A stretch of 64,000 bases of DNA. Source: Marinifilum caeruleilacunae. Lineage in GTDB: Bacteria; Bacteroidota; Bacteroidia; Bacteroidales; Marinifilaceae. The stretch's first letter is position 1. Every line of letters begins with the position of its first letter. The notes under the pieces were generated by a model. The model worked only from the letters and a program-made list of their open reading frames with translations. It made no database searches and was not told the DNA's origin. The DNA is taken from contig NZ_RZNH01000009.1 in the NCBI RefSeq assembly GCF_013141825.1, positions 76,117-140,116 of the forward strand, written 5' to 3'. Positions 21,820 through 32,980 of this stretch are shown one piece after another. The translations under genes were made by a program, and so were the position numbers.

Positions 21820-21866
21820 CAACAGCCCTGTTTTAAGATGAAAATAGGGCTGTTGTTGTGTTTTGC
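21820..21866. terminator. Putative bidirectional terminator hairpin
   Basis: 10-bp perfect stem CAACAGCCCT / AGGGCTGTTG with a 16-nt loop, followed by a T-rich tract. It lies between convergent genes. Confidence 0.4.
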
Positions 21867-22115
21867 TATGTTGATTTCGTGTTATTTCCCCGATACAGAA
21901 AGTAATTAAAATACGAAAAATCAGTATTTATAGGCTTTATGGATGCATTAGTTTTGAGTGAGGTACAAATAGTGACATTTTGAGTTCTTTTTACTTGTTT
22001 TTGCACTATTTAGCAGCATGTCATTTCAGAGCAGAGCTTAAATCAAATATAATGATTTTCTAGGAATTGAAAGAGGGCGTGTCTGTTGTGTCAGGATATG
22101 AAGCGTCCAATGCCT

Positions 22116-23039
22116 TTAGAGAACATTTTTAATCCCATTAAAATTCATCCTAAATTCAGATGGCGTGCAGTCCTGTTTTTTCTTGAAAATCCTATTGAAA
22201 TTGGAAATATTGTTAAAACCACAATCGAAACAAATTTCCCCAATGCTTTTATTCGTTTCTATTAATAAGCGTGTAGCAATCCCTAAACGAATTTCATTCA
22301 CAAAATCTATAAATGATTTACCCGTTCTTTGTTTGATTAGCCTGCTAAATGAGATCACCGACATATTAACCAAACCAGCAGCATCTTCCAATTTAATTTT
22401 GTGATGATAATTATCTTGCACGTATTTATATATTAATTCAATTCTTTCGCTATTGTGAAAATCACTTTGCCTTTGAAAAGATAGATTGGTCAATAATTGC
22501 TGGTCACGTGAAATGGCCAGATCGTAGAGAAGTGATTGAAATGCCAGATAGCTATCAAATCCCCTTTTTTGGCTTAGTGCCAACAATTTTGGCTCAACCA
22601 TGCGAATGGTATCCGCTGAAAATAGAATTCCCCTGTTGGCATTATTAAATAGTTCTCGAATAGGCTTTAGTATGTTTTTGTTTAGAATATTATCATCAAA
22701 CAATTCGCGCGGAAATTGAATGGTGATTTCGTGCAATAATTCCTTGCCAGTGTTTTTATAATTTTCCCAACCATGATATAGGTTAGGACCTACCATTACC
22801 AATTCTTTTTCTTGTATTTCTGCGATATGATCGCCGACGATTCGTTTACCTCCTTTGGCATTATGAATAAAGGTGATTTCGAACTCAGGATGGAAATGTA
22901 TAGGAAATGTAAATGCATTTCTTTCACGATCGAATATCAAAAAACAATCGTTTTCCTGCAGAGGGGTTATTTCTCGGTGTATTTGATTTTTCATGCATTT
23001 TGTTTTTGCAATATTACGCAAAATGATAAAATAGTACAA
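22116..23039 (-). CDS. AraC-family transcriptional regulator (cupin sensor domain plus AraC HTH), probable PUL regulator
   Basis: C-terminal AraC HTH (VISFSRLIKQRTGKSFIDFVNEIRLGIATRLL...FNNISNFNRIFKKKQDCTPSEFR). The track start at 23039 is a TTG. An ATG 45 nt downstream (22994, MKNQIHRE...) is a more likely start. Divergent from susC. Confidence 0.85.
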   Translation of the reverse strand: MYYFIILRNIAKTKCMKNQIHREITPLQENDCFLIFDRERNAFTFPIHFHPEFEITFIHNAKGGKRIVGDHIAEIQEKELVMVGPNLYHGWENYKNTGKELLHEITIQFPRELFDDNILNKNILKPIRELFNNANRGILFSADTIRMVEPKLLALSQKRGFDSYLAFQSLLYDLAISRDQQLLTNLSFQRQSDFHNSERIELIYKYVQDNYHHKIKLEDAAGLVNMSVISFSRLIKQRTGKSFIDFVNEIRLGIATRLLIETNKSIGEICFDCGFNNISNFNRIFKKKQDCTPSEFRMNFNGIKNVL

Positions 23040-23235
23040 TAGAAAGATTCAAATAAGTCAATTTAGTATCATAAAATAGTACTAAAATCTAACATTAAAA
23101 ACATAGGAATTATTAGTGCTTAGACATGATTATTGCACTGTTAATGCATGATAAAGAAGGTGTGTACAATGGATCAGTTGTTTACGAAAACAGTTTTACT
23201 TTTTTATTTCAATTAGTTGAAATGATAAAATAGTA
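23021..23235. promoter_or_regulatory. Divergent regulatory region with three copies of the ATAAAATAGTA motif (candidate AraC operator sites)
   Basis: AAATGATAAAATAGTA occurs at 23021-23036 and at 23220-23235. A third ATAAAATAGTA sits at 23071-23081. All three lie between the AraC gene start and susC. Confidence 0.3.
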
Positions 23236-23437
23236 TCATGTAACGATTAAAAAATACTTGTTGCCCTATGCAAACGTTTCTACTTTTGACATGTAATTAT
23301 TTCCGGAAATTGACAAGAAGTAAAAAAGTAGTGGTATTTATAAACTAAAAAGCATGTTGAACATTCAGAAAACCAATGTAATGAGCTTTGATAATTCTGC
23401 TTTGTTCATCTAACCTAAACTAAAAAAGTAATAATCT

Positions 23438-26400
23438 ATGAAAAAAAATCTGCGATTTATTTTAATGATTTTCTTTCTATCCTGTTTTTGGACAGCATAT
23501 GGACAAAGCAGAACAGTCACGGGTGTGGTACTGGATGAAAGCAAATTACCATTAGCAGGTGTTACAGTTGTTGTGAAAGGCACAACGAATGGAACTGTAA
23601 CAAATATTGATGGTCAGTATGAGATTTCGCTCTCTGAGAGCGATCAGGTTCTTGTATTCTCATTTATTGGTTTTGTCGACCAGGAAATAGGTGTAGAAGG
23701 GAAGAATAATATAGATGTTGTATTAAAAACCGACCTTGTGGGACTCGATGAAGTTGTAGTGGTTGGATATGGTACAATGAAAAAGAGCGACTTAACAGGT
23801 GCTGTTGCTTCAGTGTCCGGTGATGACTTGGAAAAGGTGGCATCCAACAGACCGGTAGAAGCAATGCAGGGTAGAGTTGCAGGTGTTAGCATCACGAAAA
23901 GCTCTGGAAATCCTGGTGCTGGTATGAAAGTTAGAATTCGCGGTGTAGGTAGTACAAACAACTCAGATCCTTTATATGTTATTGATGGTATCCCGTCAGG
24001 TAGTGATATGGAACATGTTGCTCCAGAGGATATTGAAAGTATTGAAGTGTTAAAAGATGCTTCTGCTACTGCTATCTATGGTAATAAAGGAGCTAATGGG
24101 GTTATTATTGTAACAACCAAATCAGGTTCGGTTAGCGATAAGCCAGTGTTTTCATTTAATGCTTATTACGGACTTGGCGAAGTTGCCGATCCAATTGATT
24201 TGTTAAATGCAAATCAACAAGGACAATTAATTTTAGAGGCAGCCGCAAACGATGGTATTTCCATTCCATCTAATCTAGAGAACAGAATCAACTATGTTTT
24301 AGCCAATGATTATCATGGTACAGATTGGCAAGATGAAATCTTTAGGACGGGAAAACAGCAAAACTACAACCTTAGTGTTAGAGGTGGTATGCAATCAAGT
24401 GCAAATCCTGATAGAAAACTAACCTATTCTGTAAGCGGAACTTACTATGATGAAGAAGGCGTTGTAGAAAACACAAATTTTACGAAATACATGTTGAATA
24501 CCAAGACTGAATATCAATTTAATAAGCGAGTTCAGGTTGGTTTACAGGTTGATTTGTTTCACAAAGAAAATGGTAACTTCCCACAAGGTTTGTACGGAGG
24601 TCCTATTCCATTGGCCTTAACAACAAGTCCAATGGATAGTGGGATTGATAGCAATGGCAATTTAGTGGAGACACCAACAACTTTTGGACAAAATCCACGC
24701 TTGGTGATCGATCACATGCAATACGCCGAGAATACTACCAATTCATATGGTGTTCGTGGATGGTTAGGAATTGATATTACAGATGATCTTAACTTTAAGA
24801 CAACTATTAACCTATCACGCGGTTACACACATAATAAGGATTACAGACCAAGTTACTATCTAAATGAAAATTTCTACAGAACAGATAGCGAGTTGTACGA
24901 GGCTAGAGGAGAATGGTACAGTTGGACTTGGATTAACTTGCTAAATTATTCCAAGACATTTGCAGAGAAACATAAGGTGATTGCAACTCTGGGGCATGAG
25001 TCATCCAAAGATCAGAATGCTGGCTTTAGTGGCACAGGTATCAATGTACCTCAAGAAGAAATGTTACGTTATCTTAATTTGGCAAAAACCTATAAAGAGC
25101 AATTGGGATCGTGGCAAGGTGAAGGCGGAACAGAATCTTATTTTGCTAGAGCTTTTTACTCTTTTGAGGATAAGTACATGATAACAGGTACAGCTCGTTA
25201 CGATGGTTCAAATAAATTCTCTGGTGACAACAAATGGGGATTCTTTCCATCACTTGGAGCTTCATGGAGAGCTACAGAAGAGGAGTTTATTAAAGATTTG
25301 AAACTATTTTCAAACTTAAAAGTTAGAGCAGGTTGGGGACGTGTAGGTAACCAGGCCAGTGCTCAGGCAGGATCTGATGTTGCTAATATCGGAAACTATG
25401 GTATGTACTATGTATTTAACGATGTTGCATACAAGGGTGGCACTACAACCAATATTCCAACTCCTGATCTAAAATGGGAGATTGTAGAAACGACCAATGT
25501 AGGTGTGGATATGGGATTTTTGAATGGTGATCTGAATGTAACTGCAGATTACTTCATTAAGGATACGAAAGATATGATTACTCGTGTAGCATTGCCAGGT
25601 TATTATCCTAAAGATCGTCCGAATGCAAATATTGGAACCGTTCGAAATGAAGGTTTTGAAATCTCGGCAAACTATGGTAAAACAATAGGTGATGTTCGAT
25701 TCAATATCGGTGGTAACTTCTCTTATATTACAAATGAAGTAAGAAAACTAAACTCCGATCCTGAAGCATTTATTGATGGTGGTTATATAAGCAAGTTAGG
25801 AAATACAACCAGAACTGAAGCTGGTAGAGAAATAGCATATTTTTACGGTTATCAGACAGATGGGATATTCAGAACAGAGGCAGAATTGGCAGCACACTCA
25901 AAAGATGGAAGTGCTATTCAGCCAAGTGCAAAAGTAGGTGATGTTCGATTTTTAGATAGAAACGGAAATGGTGTAATTGATGCTGATGACCGGACTTACC
26001 TTGGATCTGGAACCCCTGACTTTATTTATGGTTTAAACTTTAGTGTTGAGTACAAAGGATTTGACTTGTCTGGTAATTTCTATGGTGTGTATGGAAATGA
26101 GATCGTAAATGGGATGAATATTTTTGCTCTTGAGGTTAAGGATTATAGAAATGCTTACGCAAGTAGAATGGATAGATTTCACCCTGATAACAATCCAAAT
26201 GGTTCACAACCAAGAGTAACCTTATCGGATAACAACAACAATACCCAATTCTCTGACCGTTATGTAGAAGATGGTTCTTACTTAAGATTAAAGAATGTTC
26301 AATTGGGGTACACATTCCCTAAGTCTTTAACCCAAAAGTTTAAGATTGATAAACTAAGACTATATGTGTCTGGTCAGAATCTTTTGACATTTACTGATTA

Positions 26401-26536
26401 TAGCGGATACGATCCTGAAATTGGAGATTTAACTCACGATGCATCCTCTGATGCAAGCAGTTTAGGAGTTGGTGTTGATTTGGGTAACTACCCTCAACCA
26501 AGGCTGATTTATTTTGGAGTAAATGCAACATTTTAA
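23438..26536 (+). CDS. susC: SusC/RagA-family TonB-dependent outer-membrane transporter
   Basis: 1032 aa with a signal peptide. Carboxypeptidase-regulatory-like N-domain (TGVVLDESKLPLAGVTVVVKGTTNGTVTNIDGQYEI). The barrel ends ...YFGVNATF. susD follows 21 nt later. Confidence 0.9.
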   Translation: MKKNLRFILMIFFLSCFWTAYGQSRTVTGVVLDESKLPLAGVTVVVKGTTNGTVTNIDGQYEISLSESDQVLVFSFIGFVDQEIGVEGKNNIDVVLKTDLVGLDEVVVVGYGTMKKSDLTGAVASVSGDDLEKVASNRPVEAMQGRVAGVSITKSSGNPGAGMKVRIRGVGSTNNSDPLYVIDGIPSGSDMEHVAPEDIESIEVLKDASATAIYGNKGANGVIIVTTKSGSVSDKPVFSFNAYYGLGEVADPIDLLNANQQGQLILEAAANDGISIPSNLENRINYVLANDYHGTDWQDEIFRTGKQQNYNLSVRGGMQSSANPDRKLTYSVSGTYYDEEGVVENTNFTKYMLNTKTEYQFNKRVQVGLQVDLFHKENGNFPQGLYGGPIPLALTTSPMDSGIDSNGNLVETPTTFGQNPRLVIDHMQYAENTTNSYGVRGWLGIDITDDLNFKTTINLSRGYTHNKDYRPSYYLNENFYRTDSELYEARGEWYSWTWINLLNYSKTFAEKHKVIATLGHESSKDQNAGFSGTGINVPQEEMLRYLNLAKTYKEQLGSWQGEGGTESYFARAFYSFEDKYMITGTARYDGSNKFSGDNKWGFFPSLGASWRATEEEFIKDLKLFSNLKVRAGWGRVGNQASAQAGSDVANIGNYGMYYVFNDVAYKGGTTTNIPTPDLKWEIVETTNVGVDMGFLNGDLNVTADYFIKDTKDMITRVALPGYYPKDRPNANIGTVRNEGFEISANYGKTIGDVRFNIGGNFSYITNEVRKLNSDPEAFIDGGYISKLGNTTRTEAGREIAYFYGYQTDGIFRTEAELAAHSKDGSAIQPSAKVGDVRFLDRNGNGVIDADDRTYLGSGTPDFIYGLNFSVEYKGFDLSGNFYGVYGNEIVNGMNIFALEVKDYRNAYASRMDRFHPDNNPNGSQPRVTLSDNNNNTQFSDRYVEDGSYLRLKNVQLGYTFPKSLTQKFKIDKLRLYVSGQNLLTFTDYSGYDPEIGDLTHDASSDASSLGVGVDLGNYPQPRLIYFGVNATF

Positions 26537-26557
26537 TCAAGACAAAAATTATTAGAT

Positions 26558-28147
26558 ATGAAATTAATCAAATATATATCTCTGGTGGTGATTGTTGCAA
26601 TGAGTTCTTGTGGCGATAGTGTGTTGGAACTGGATAATTTGGGAACACAAACAGCAGAGGTTTATTTTAATGATCCAGAGAATGCATTGGCAGGATTAAA
26701 TGCATGTTATTCATCAGTATCGAAAGATGAGTATTTTGTTTACGGTGATATCATGTCGGATGACGCCTTAAAAGGCGGTAGTGATTTATTCGACTGGGTA
26801 GATCGTGAGCACATTAGAACCTTTAAAGCAAACCCAGGAAATAGTGTATCAAACGGAACATGGTCCTTATTATACACTGGCATTGTAAGGTGTAATGAAA
26901 TAATTAACTCTTTACCGACAGCAACTTTTGATCCTGAACTAAAGGAGAGAATTATAGGAGAAGCGAAGTTTTTAAGAGCTTATTCTTACTCGAAGTTGGT
27001 TGCTCTATTTGGAGGTGTGCCTTTAGTAACAGCAGACTACTCCGTTGACAATTTGGAAGAGCCAAGAAGCTCAGAAGATGCAGTGTATGCTTTAATTAAA
27101 ACAGATTTGGACGATGCTATTGATGCGTTGCCAGAGAAAAGCAGATATGCCGAAAGTGATCTTGGTCGTGTAACTAAAGGTGCTGCCAGAGCATTAAAAG
27201 CGCGTGTTTTAATGCAGGAAACATCATACCATTATAATAGTGCATTGGCATTTGGATCTTACCCTGTTGCTGTCGCAGATATTTGGAACGAGGTGTACGA
27301 ACTTACTTCAGATATTGTCGAGTCAGGGGAATATGCCCTAGCTGCAAATTTTGCTACTAACTTTGAAATTGAAGGTGAAAATAATATCGAGTCGATTTTT
27401 GAAATTCAGCACAAAACCACAAACAATGATTGGGGCGAGAGTGTAGGAAATACAACTGTCGTTCAAATGGGTAACCGCGATGATTGGGGATGGTGTTTTA
27501 ATCTTCCAACCGATGATTTGTATAATGCTTATGGAAGTGCGGATCCACGACGAGAGTGTACCATTTATGGTGAGGAATTTAATGTTCTGTATGGTGTAGA
27601 GCAGGCTTGGTCGAAGCAGGAATGGACGTTATCACATGAAAGCACAAAAGACTTTGTAACAGCATGTCGCTTGAACAGAAAGTATGCTCTTGCTCCTGAA
27701 AATCGTCATGGGAATCATAACAACCAACCGAATAATAAAAGGATAATAAGATATGCCGATGTATTGCTGATGCATGCCGAAGCAGCTTACTACAAAGGTT
27801 TGGAATCAGAAGCAAGAGATTACGTGAATATGGTTCGTGCAAGGGCAGAAGCTTCAACTTATCCTTTAGGATCAGCTGTAGGACAAACGTCATCTTATAC
27901 ATACGATTTGTATCCCGGAGCTTCTGTACCACAGGTGGTAGAATCTGGAAGCGATTTATTGGAAGCCATTTGGAAAGAAAGAAGACTGGAGTTAGCAATG
28001 GAGGGAATTCGTTACTTCGATTTAGTAAGAACGGGAAGAACCGATTTACTCCCTTATGAGTCGGATTATACAAGTCACGCTGGATTATTACCAATTCCTG
28101 TAGGTGATGTGAATACGTTTGGTTTAACACAAAATCCTGGTTACTAA
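26558..28147 (+). CDS. susD: SusD/RagB-family lipoprotein
   Basis: Lipoprotein signal (VAMSSCGD). SusD-like C-terminal motif ERRLELAMEGIRYFDLVR. Confidence 0.9.
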   Translation: MKLIKYISLVVIVAMSSCGDSVLELDNLGTQTAEVYFNDPENALAGLNACYSSVSKDEYFVYGDIMSDDALKGGSDLFDWVDREHIRTFKANPGNSVSNGTWSLLYTGIVRCNEIINSLPTATFDPELKERIIGEAKFLRAYSYSKLVALFGGVPLVTADYSVDNLEEPRSSEDAVYALIKTDLDDAIDALPEKSRYAESDLGRVTKGAARALKARVLMQETSYHYNSALAFGSYPVAVADIWNEVYELTSDIVESGEYALAANFATNFEIEGENNIESIFEIQHKTTNNDWGESVGNTTVVQMGNRDDWGWCFNLPTDDLYNAYGSADPRRECTIYGEEFNVLYGVEQAWSKQEWTLSHESTKDFVTACRLNRKYALAPENRHGNHNNQPNNKRIIRYADVLLMHAEAAYYKGLESEARDYVNMVRARAEASTYPLGSAVGQTSSYTYDLYPGASVPQVVESGSDLLEAIWKERRLELAMEGIRYFDLVRTGRTDLLPYESDYTSHAGLLPIPVGDVNTFGLTQNPGY

Positions 28148-28167
28148 TCAGTAAAAATTATTACAAA

Positions 28168-29853
28168 ATGAAGAAATATCTATTATATATATTGATGTCG
28201 GTTCTTTGTTTGGGAGCATTTACCGCTTGCGAAGATGATACAGAATACGACATAGACTGGCCGGTTCCTACCATTACAGGTGTAAGTTCCTACAACGATC
28301 TGCTTTCAGCCACGATCACATTACAAGGGAATTTCACCCAGGTGAGCAAAGTGTATTTCGGTGAAGTAGAAGGGAAAAATCTGCAAGTAGCAGATGATCA
28401 GTCTTCTTTGACTATTGAAGTGCCTAGAACAATGGCTGTTGATGGAGCTCCAATTCGCGTAACAAACGAATATCGCCAATCATTCGAGACAGCAGAATTG
28501 TTTGTTCCAATTATTCCTGTAACTACAGTAAGTGAAGTGAGTGCAATTCAAACTGGATTGACCTTTACGATCAATGGTGAAAATGTGGATTTATTAACGG
28601 AAATCACTGTTGATGGGGAGCCAACAGCCGTGATATCCTCCGGCATAAATACTTTGGTAGTTTCGGTTGCAGGAATTGACCTAAAAGCTGGATCGTTGGT
28701 TGACGTTGCTTTTAAAAGTTTGGCAAAAAATGAGATACCAACAGCAACAAAAGTAAATGTAATTTATCCTTTTATTACCTATGAAGAAATTGTAATCTGG
28801 GGATTCGAGGATGGTACACACATCTATTCAGGTGAAGGTACAGCTACTGTTGAAACAGGTGATGTATTGGGGATAACAGAGAAATACTTCTCTTTAAGAG
28901 GTCCTGGTTATGGCTGGGACAAAGCAACAGGTGAAATGATTGCTACTGAGATTCCTGATTTAAGCTCATTAGTGAATCCATATCTTACATTTTGTATCAG
29001 AACTCCCGAAGGAAGTGCAGGATATTTCCAAATGGAAGATCAGGCAGGTAATTGGAGACATTTCGGTTATGGTTTTAATACAGGAGGTGAGTGGGTTATC
29101 ATTTCTCAGCCTTTGGAAGACAGCTGGGAAGGCGGAGATTTTAACATCGGTGCCTTTATGCCAAAGTTAGGTTTCAAAGCGGGTAACGCAGGTTCAAGCC
29201 AGGATTTAGACATTGCATATGTGAAGATAACTGAAGGAAAATACGACGGAAGCCAGGAAATTGGCGATGCAATTGGAGGATCAACAAAGCCAGCGGTAAT
29301 TTCTATCATGGATTTCGAGGAAAGAAACGAATGGCCCGACATTATGAATGGTGACAATTTGATTGCATCCTTGGATTTCAGAAAAGATGAAATAAATGCT
29401 TTCGTTGGCAATGAGTTCTTCACTTATGTAGATGATGGATCGCAAGGTGCCTGGGGTGCTTACTGGGGTCAAACCATTTCTAAAGATGTAAAGGATGTTG
29501 ATTTATCGGCTTTCGAAGATCCTTACCTGTCGTTTGCACTGAACTCTGAGACTTCTCAATACGTGATCGTTAGAATGTATCAGTATGATGAAGATTTGGT
29601 GATGGTTCAAAAGTTTTTCCCGAATACTTACGGAAAATGGGCCACCTTTCAGTTTAGTCTATTCAATACGGATATGGAAAACTGGAGTGATGGAAGTACC
29701 GAGCTTGGAGCACATTATGCCTCATTAAAGAGATTTAATCCTGATATACCATTTGATAGAATTGAAATTATTGTAGGAAAGAATGGTGAGAATCCTATTG
29801 GAGTCAGTATCGACGAGATGGTGATAACGGAAGGAGCCAGATACAATGAATAA
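28168..29853 (+). CDS. Surface glycan-binding lipoprotein (SusE/SusF-positioned), function inferred from position only
   Basis: Lipoprotein signal (LCLGAFTACEDD). Beta-rich, Thr/Gly-rich sequence. Third gene of the PUL after susC/susD. Confidence 0.45.
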   Translation: MKKYLLYILMSVLCLGAFTACEDDTEYDIDWPVPTITGVSSYNDLLSATITLQGNFTQVSKVYFGEVEGKNLQVADDQSSLTIEVPRTMAVDGAPIRVTNEYRQSFETAELFVPIIPVTTVSEVSAIQTGLTFTINGENVDLLTEITVDGEPTAVISSGINTLVVSVAGIDLKAGSLVDVAFKSLAKNEIPTATKVNVIYPFITYEEIVIWGFEDGTHIYSGEGTATVETGDVLGITEKYFSLRGPGYGWDKATGEMIATEIPDLSSLVNPYLTFCIRTPEGSAGYFQMEDQAGNWRHFGYGFNTGGEWVIISQPLEDSWEGGDFNIGAFMPKLGFKAGNAGSSQDLDIAYVKITEGKYDGSQEIGDAIGGSTKPAVISIMDFEERNEWPDIMNGDNLIASLDFRKDEINAFVGNEFFTYVDDGSQGAWGAYWGQTISKDVKDVDLSAFEDPYLSFALNSETSQYVIVRMYQYDEDLVMVQKFFPNTYGKWATFQFSLFNTDMENWSDGSTELGAHYASLKRFNPDIPFDRIEIIVGKNGENPIGVSIDEMVITEGARYNE

Positions 29854-29915
29854 GTAATTGATTTCGGGGTTTCGAATTGAGACCCCGAAATATATAAAAT
29901 TAACAAGCTGAAAAT

Positions 29916-31856
29916 ATGTTACGAATTTGTGTGTTGGGCTTGATATGTTTGCTATTAGGAGTATCCTGCAGTGATAGTGAGGATGTGAAAAGTCCATTGT
30001 CAGAGATGATCAGTTTTTCGATTAAAGAGTTAGATGTAGATTTTAGTATTGGTTCTGATAACTATATTGAGACTATGGTGGATGATGAAGTGAATTTATC
30101 ATCTTTAACAGCTGTATTTCAAGTATCGGAAAAGGCCAAAGTATACGTTGGAAAAACAATTCAAACCAGTTCTTATACCAAGAATGATTTTTCAAAAAAT
30201 GTGAATTACACTGTTGAAGCCGAAGATGGAAGCACAAGTGAGTATACTGTTGTCATCAGTAAAGATTCTAAAATATTGACATTTCAGATCAAGGAATTGC
30301 CAGAAACAAGTTTCTCGATAAATGAGCTGTCAATATCAGCGGATGTTCTGAACGGAACAGGTTTGAGCTTGCTAACTGCAGAGTTCAATATCAGCGAAAA
30401 CAGTCAATTATTCGTTGATGGTATTGAACAAGAATCGGGCAAAAGCCAAAATGATTTTACAAGTGCAGTTACTTATCATTTGATTGGTTCAGGTGGAATA
30501 GAGAAAGACTATGTTGTTACAATTACAGAATTGGACAATCAAGCTCCTAAAGCAAATGCAGGAGATGATAAGGTTATTGTTGTTGAACAATCTACTAACA
30601 AAGCTTTGGTTGAGCTAGATGCTTCATTGTCATCTGATTTAGAAGGAGAAATAGCTGATTATGCCTGGATTGAAAATGGTCAAACGATTGCCAATGGTGA
30701 GCTTGTAGAAATTGAATTCGATTTAGGGATTCATAATTTAACGCTTGAGGTAACAGATCAAAAAGGATTAAAAGATACAGATGATTTAACCATTGATATT
30801 AGAGAAGCTGGAAATTACCAACCTGTAGATCCAGATGCAAATCAGGAAGTGATTAATCTGCTTAAAAATCTTGGAAAAATTGCCAATAGCAATCAATTCA
30901 TTTTTGGACAGGAATTTCCGTTGTCTTTTCAATTGGGCAGTATTCGTCACGATTTGTCAACCTCTGATTGTTTTGACGTTACAGGAGATCATCCCGGAGT
31001 TTACGGTATTGACCCACATTACATGCTATACAAGACAGATCAGGAAAGACAAACTCATATCAGCGAAGCCAAGCATGCCTACGAGAATGGAAGTGTCGTA
31101 ACTTTTGATTTTCATCAGCAGAGCAGAAGCGATAATAAAATATACTACTCGGATATTACAACTGCTTCCGACAAAGAATTGCTTTATGATATTGTAAATG
31201 ATCAGAATGGTGCAAGAGAATGGTTTAATGGTGAGCTGGATGAAGTTTTGGATATTATCAATAATGAACTCGGATTCCCTGTGGTATTCAGACTATTTCA
31301 TGAAATGGATGGTGACTGGTTCTGGTGGGGAACAAAAACCAAAAACCACTCTGCCGAATTGTATATAGAGTTTTATCAAATTGCAGCCGACTATATCAAA
31401 GAAAGAACAAATTGGGTGCTGTTTGCCTGGTCGCCTAACGGACAACTTAATGAATCTTATTATCCTGGCGATAATTATGTGGATCTTGTAGGTTTTGACA
31501 TCTACGAACCAAATAAAAACGATTTAAAATCGAAGCTGATATCATTGAGTTCTTTTGCCTATGAGCACAATAAGGTTGCCATATTGGCAGAAACAGGAAA
31601 TAGAAACAACTATATCAGTAATGATCCGGATTTCTGGACCTCGAACATCTTGGATGCAATTGTTGAAGGGGCTAATGAAATCAGAATTGCATGGGTGTTG
31701 GCATGGTTTAACGCTCCCTGGAAGAGTGCTCAAGAGGATTTATTTATACCAAATGGAAGCAGTCCAGAAGCTGCAAAAGAGGATTTTATACAATTTAAGA
31801 ATAATACACATACCTTGTTTCAAGAGGAAACAAAGGCCTTAAAAGTGTACGAATAG
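29916..31856 (+). CDS. GH26 beta-mannanase with N-terminal Ig-like/PKD-like modules (lipoprotein)
   Basis: Lipoprotein signal (LGVSCSD). The C-terminal catalytic domain carries the GH26 signature FHEMDGDWFWWG plus downstream conserved W/E positions. Confidence 0.8.
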   Translation: MLRICVLGLICLLLGVSCSDSEDVKSPLSEMISFSIKELDVDFSIGSDNYIETMVDDEVNLSSLTAVFQVSEKAKVYVGKTIQTSSYTKNDFSKNVNYTVEAEDGSTSEYTVVISKDSKILTFQIKELPETSFSINELSISADVLNGTGLSLLTAEFNISENSQLFVDGIEQESGKSQNDFTSAVTYHLIGSGGIEKDYVVTITELDNQAPKANAGDDKVIVVEQSTNKALVELDASLSSDLEGEIADYAWIENGQTIANGELVEIEFDLGIHNLTLEVTDQKGLKDTDDLTIDIREAGNYQPVDPDANQEVINLLKNLGKIANSNQFIFGQEFPLSFQLGSIRHDLSTSDCFDVTGDHPGVYGIDPHYMLYKTDQERQTHISEAKHAYENGSVVTFDFHQQSRSDNKIYYSDITTASDKELLYDIVNDQNGAREWFNGELDEVLDIINNELGFPVVFRLFHEMDGDWFWWGTKTKNHSAELYIEFYQIAADYIKERTNWVLFAWSPNGQLNESYYPGDNYVDLVGFDIYEPNKNDLKSKLISLSSFAYEHNKVAILAETGNRNNYISNDPDFWTSNILDAIVEGANEIRIAWVLAWFNAPWKSAQEDLFIPNGSSPEAAKEDFIQFKNNTHTLFQEETKALKVYE

Positions 31857-31874
31857 AAACGGAATTTTTTTGAA

Positions 31875-32963
31875 ATGATAAATAATCCAACACAGATATT
31901 AATTGCATTATTGATTTTTGCATGCTCTTGTAACAAGAGTATAAATCAAAATCCAATAGAGATTGAATTGAAAGCCGTAAAAGGAAAAGGAATTCTTTTC
32001 GGTCACCAGGACGATTTGGCCTATGGCATGAACTGGAGTTATATCAAAGGAGAATCAGATGTAAAGAGAGTTAGTGGAGATTATCCCGCCCTGTTTGGCT
32101 GGGAATTGGGAGGCATTGAAATGAAGCACACGCACAATTTGGATAGTGTCCCATTTGAATACATGAGAGAAATGTCCATTAAAGCCTACGAAATGGGTGG
32201 TATTAATACTTTTAGTTGGCACCCTTTCTCAGTGATTAATGGGGAAAGCTCCTGGAATACAGAAAGTGTTGTGGTAAAGCACATTTTACCTGGTGGATCT
32301 CATCATTCCCAGTTTAAAAACCAGCTAGATATCCTGGCAGATTTTTTCAAATCATTGCAAAATAAAGAAGGAGAAATGCTTCCCTTTATATTCAGACCTT
32401 GGCATGAAATGGATGGCTCATGGTTTTGGTGGGGAACAAAAACTTGTACCACAGAAGAGGTAAAGGAGCTATTTCAATTTAGCGTGCAATACCTAAGAGA
32501 GGAAAAAGCTTTAACATCCATGCTTGTTGCTTATTCACCCGACCGAAATTTCAAATCTAAATCGGAATACCTTACATGGTATCCTGGTGATGACTACGTG
32601 GATATTCTGGGAATGGACAATTATTATGATTTCAAATTAGGCAAAGAGAAGCAGGTGATTGAAAAATTGCATGTAGTCATCGAACTGGCAAAGGAAAAAA
32701 ACAAACTCTCTGCATTGACAGAAACTGGTTTGTCGAATGTGACAGACTCGCTTTGGTTTACACAAAAATTGGGTAAAGTACTCAATGACTCATTAATCAG
32801 TAAAGAGTTAAGTTATGCCATGGTGTGGAGAAGCGATCCAAAAGTACACTTCTATTTTCCTGCTGAAGATCATGCAGCCGCACCTGATGCCAGGGAATTT
32901 TTAAATCATCCAAATATTTTGTTGTTAAAAGATTTTAACAGAGAGAAAAAACAATCAAACTAA
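31875..32963 (+). CDS. GH26 beta-mannanase / mannobiose-producing enzyme
   Basis: GH26 signature [14 protein letters not shown]. 362 aa with a lipoprotein-like N-terminus. Confidence 0.8.
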   Translation: MINNPTQILIALLIFACSCNKSINQNPIEIELKAVKGKGILFGHQDDLAYGMNWSYIKGESDVKRVSGDYPALFGWELGGIEMKHTHNLDSVPFEYMREMSIKAYEMGGINTFSWHPFSVINGESSWNTESVVVKHILPGGSHHSQFKNQLDILADFFKSLQNKEGEMLPFIFRPWHEMDGSWFWWGTKTCTTEEVKELFQFSVQYLREEKALTSMLVAYSPDRNFKSKSEYLTWYPGDDYVDILGMDNYYDFKLGKEKQVIEKLHVVIELAKEKNKLSALTETGLSNVTDSLWFTQKLGKVLNDSLISKELSYAMVWRSDPKVHFYFPAEDHAAAPDAREFLNHPNILLLKDFNREKKQSN

Positions 32964-32980
32964 AAAATAAAACATCGGTT

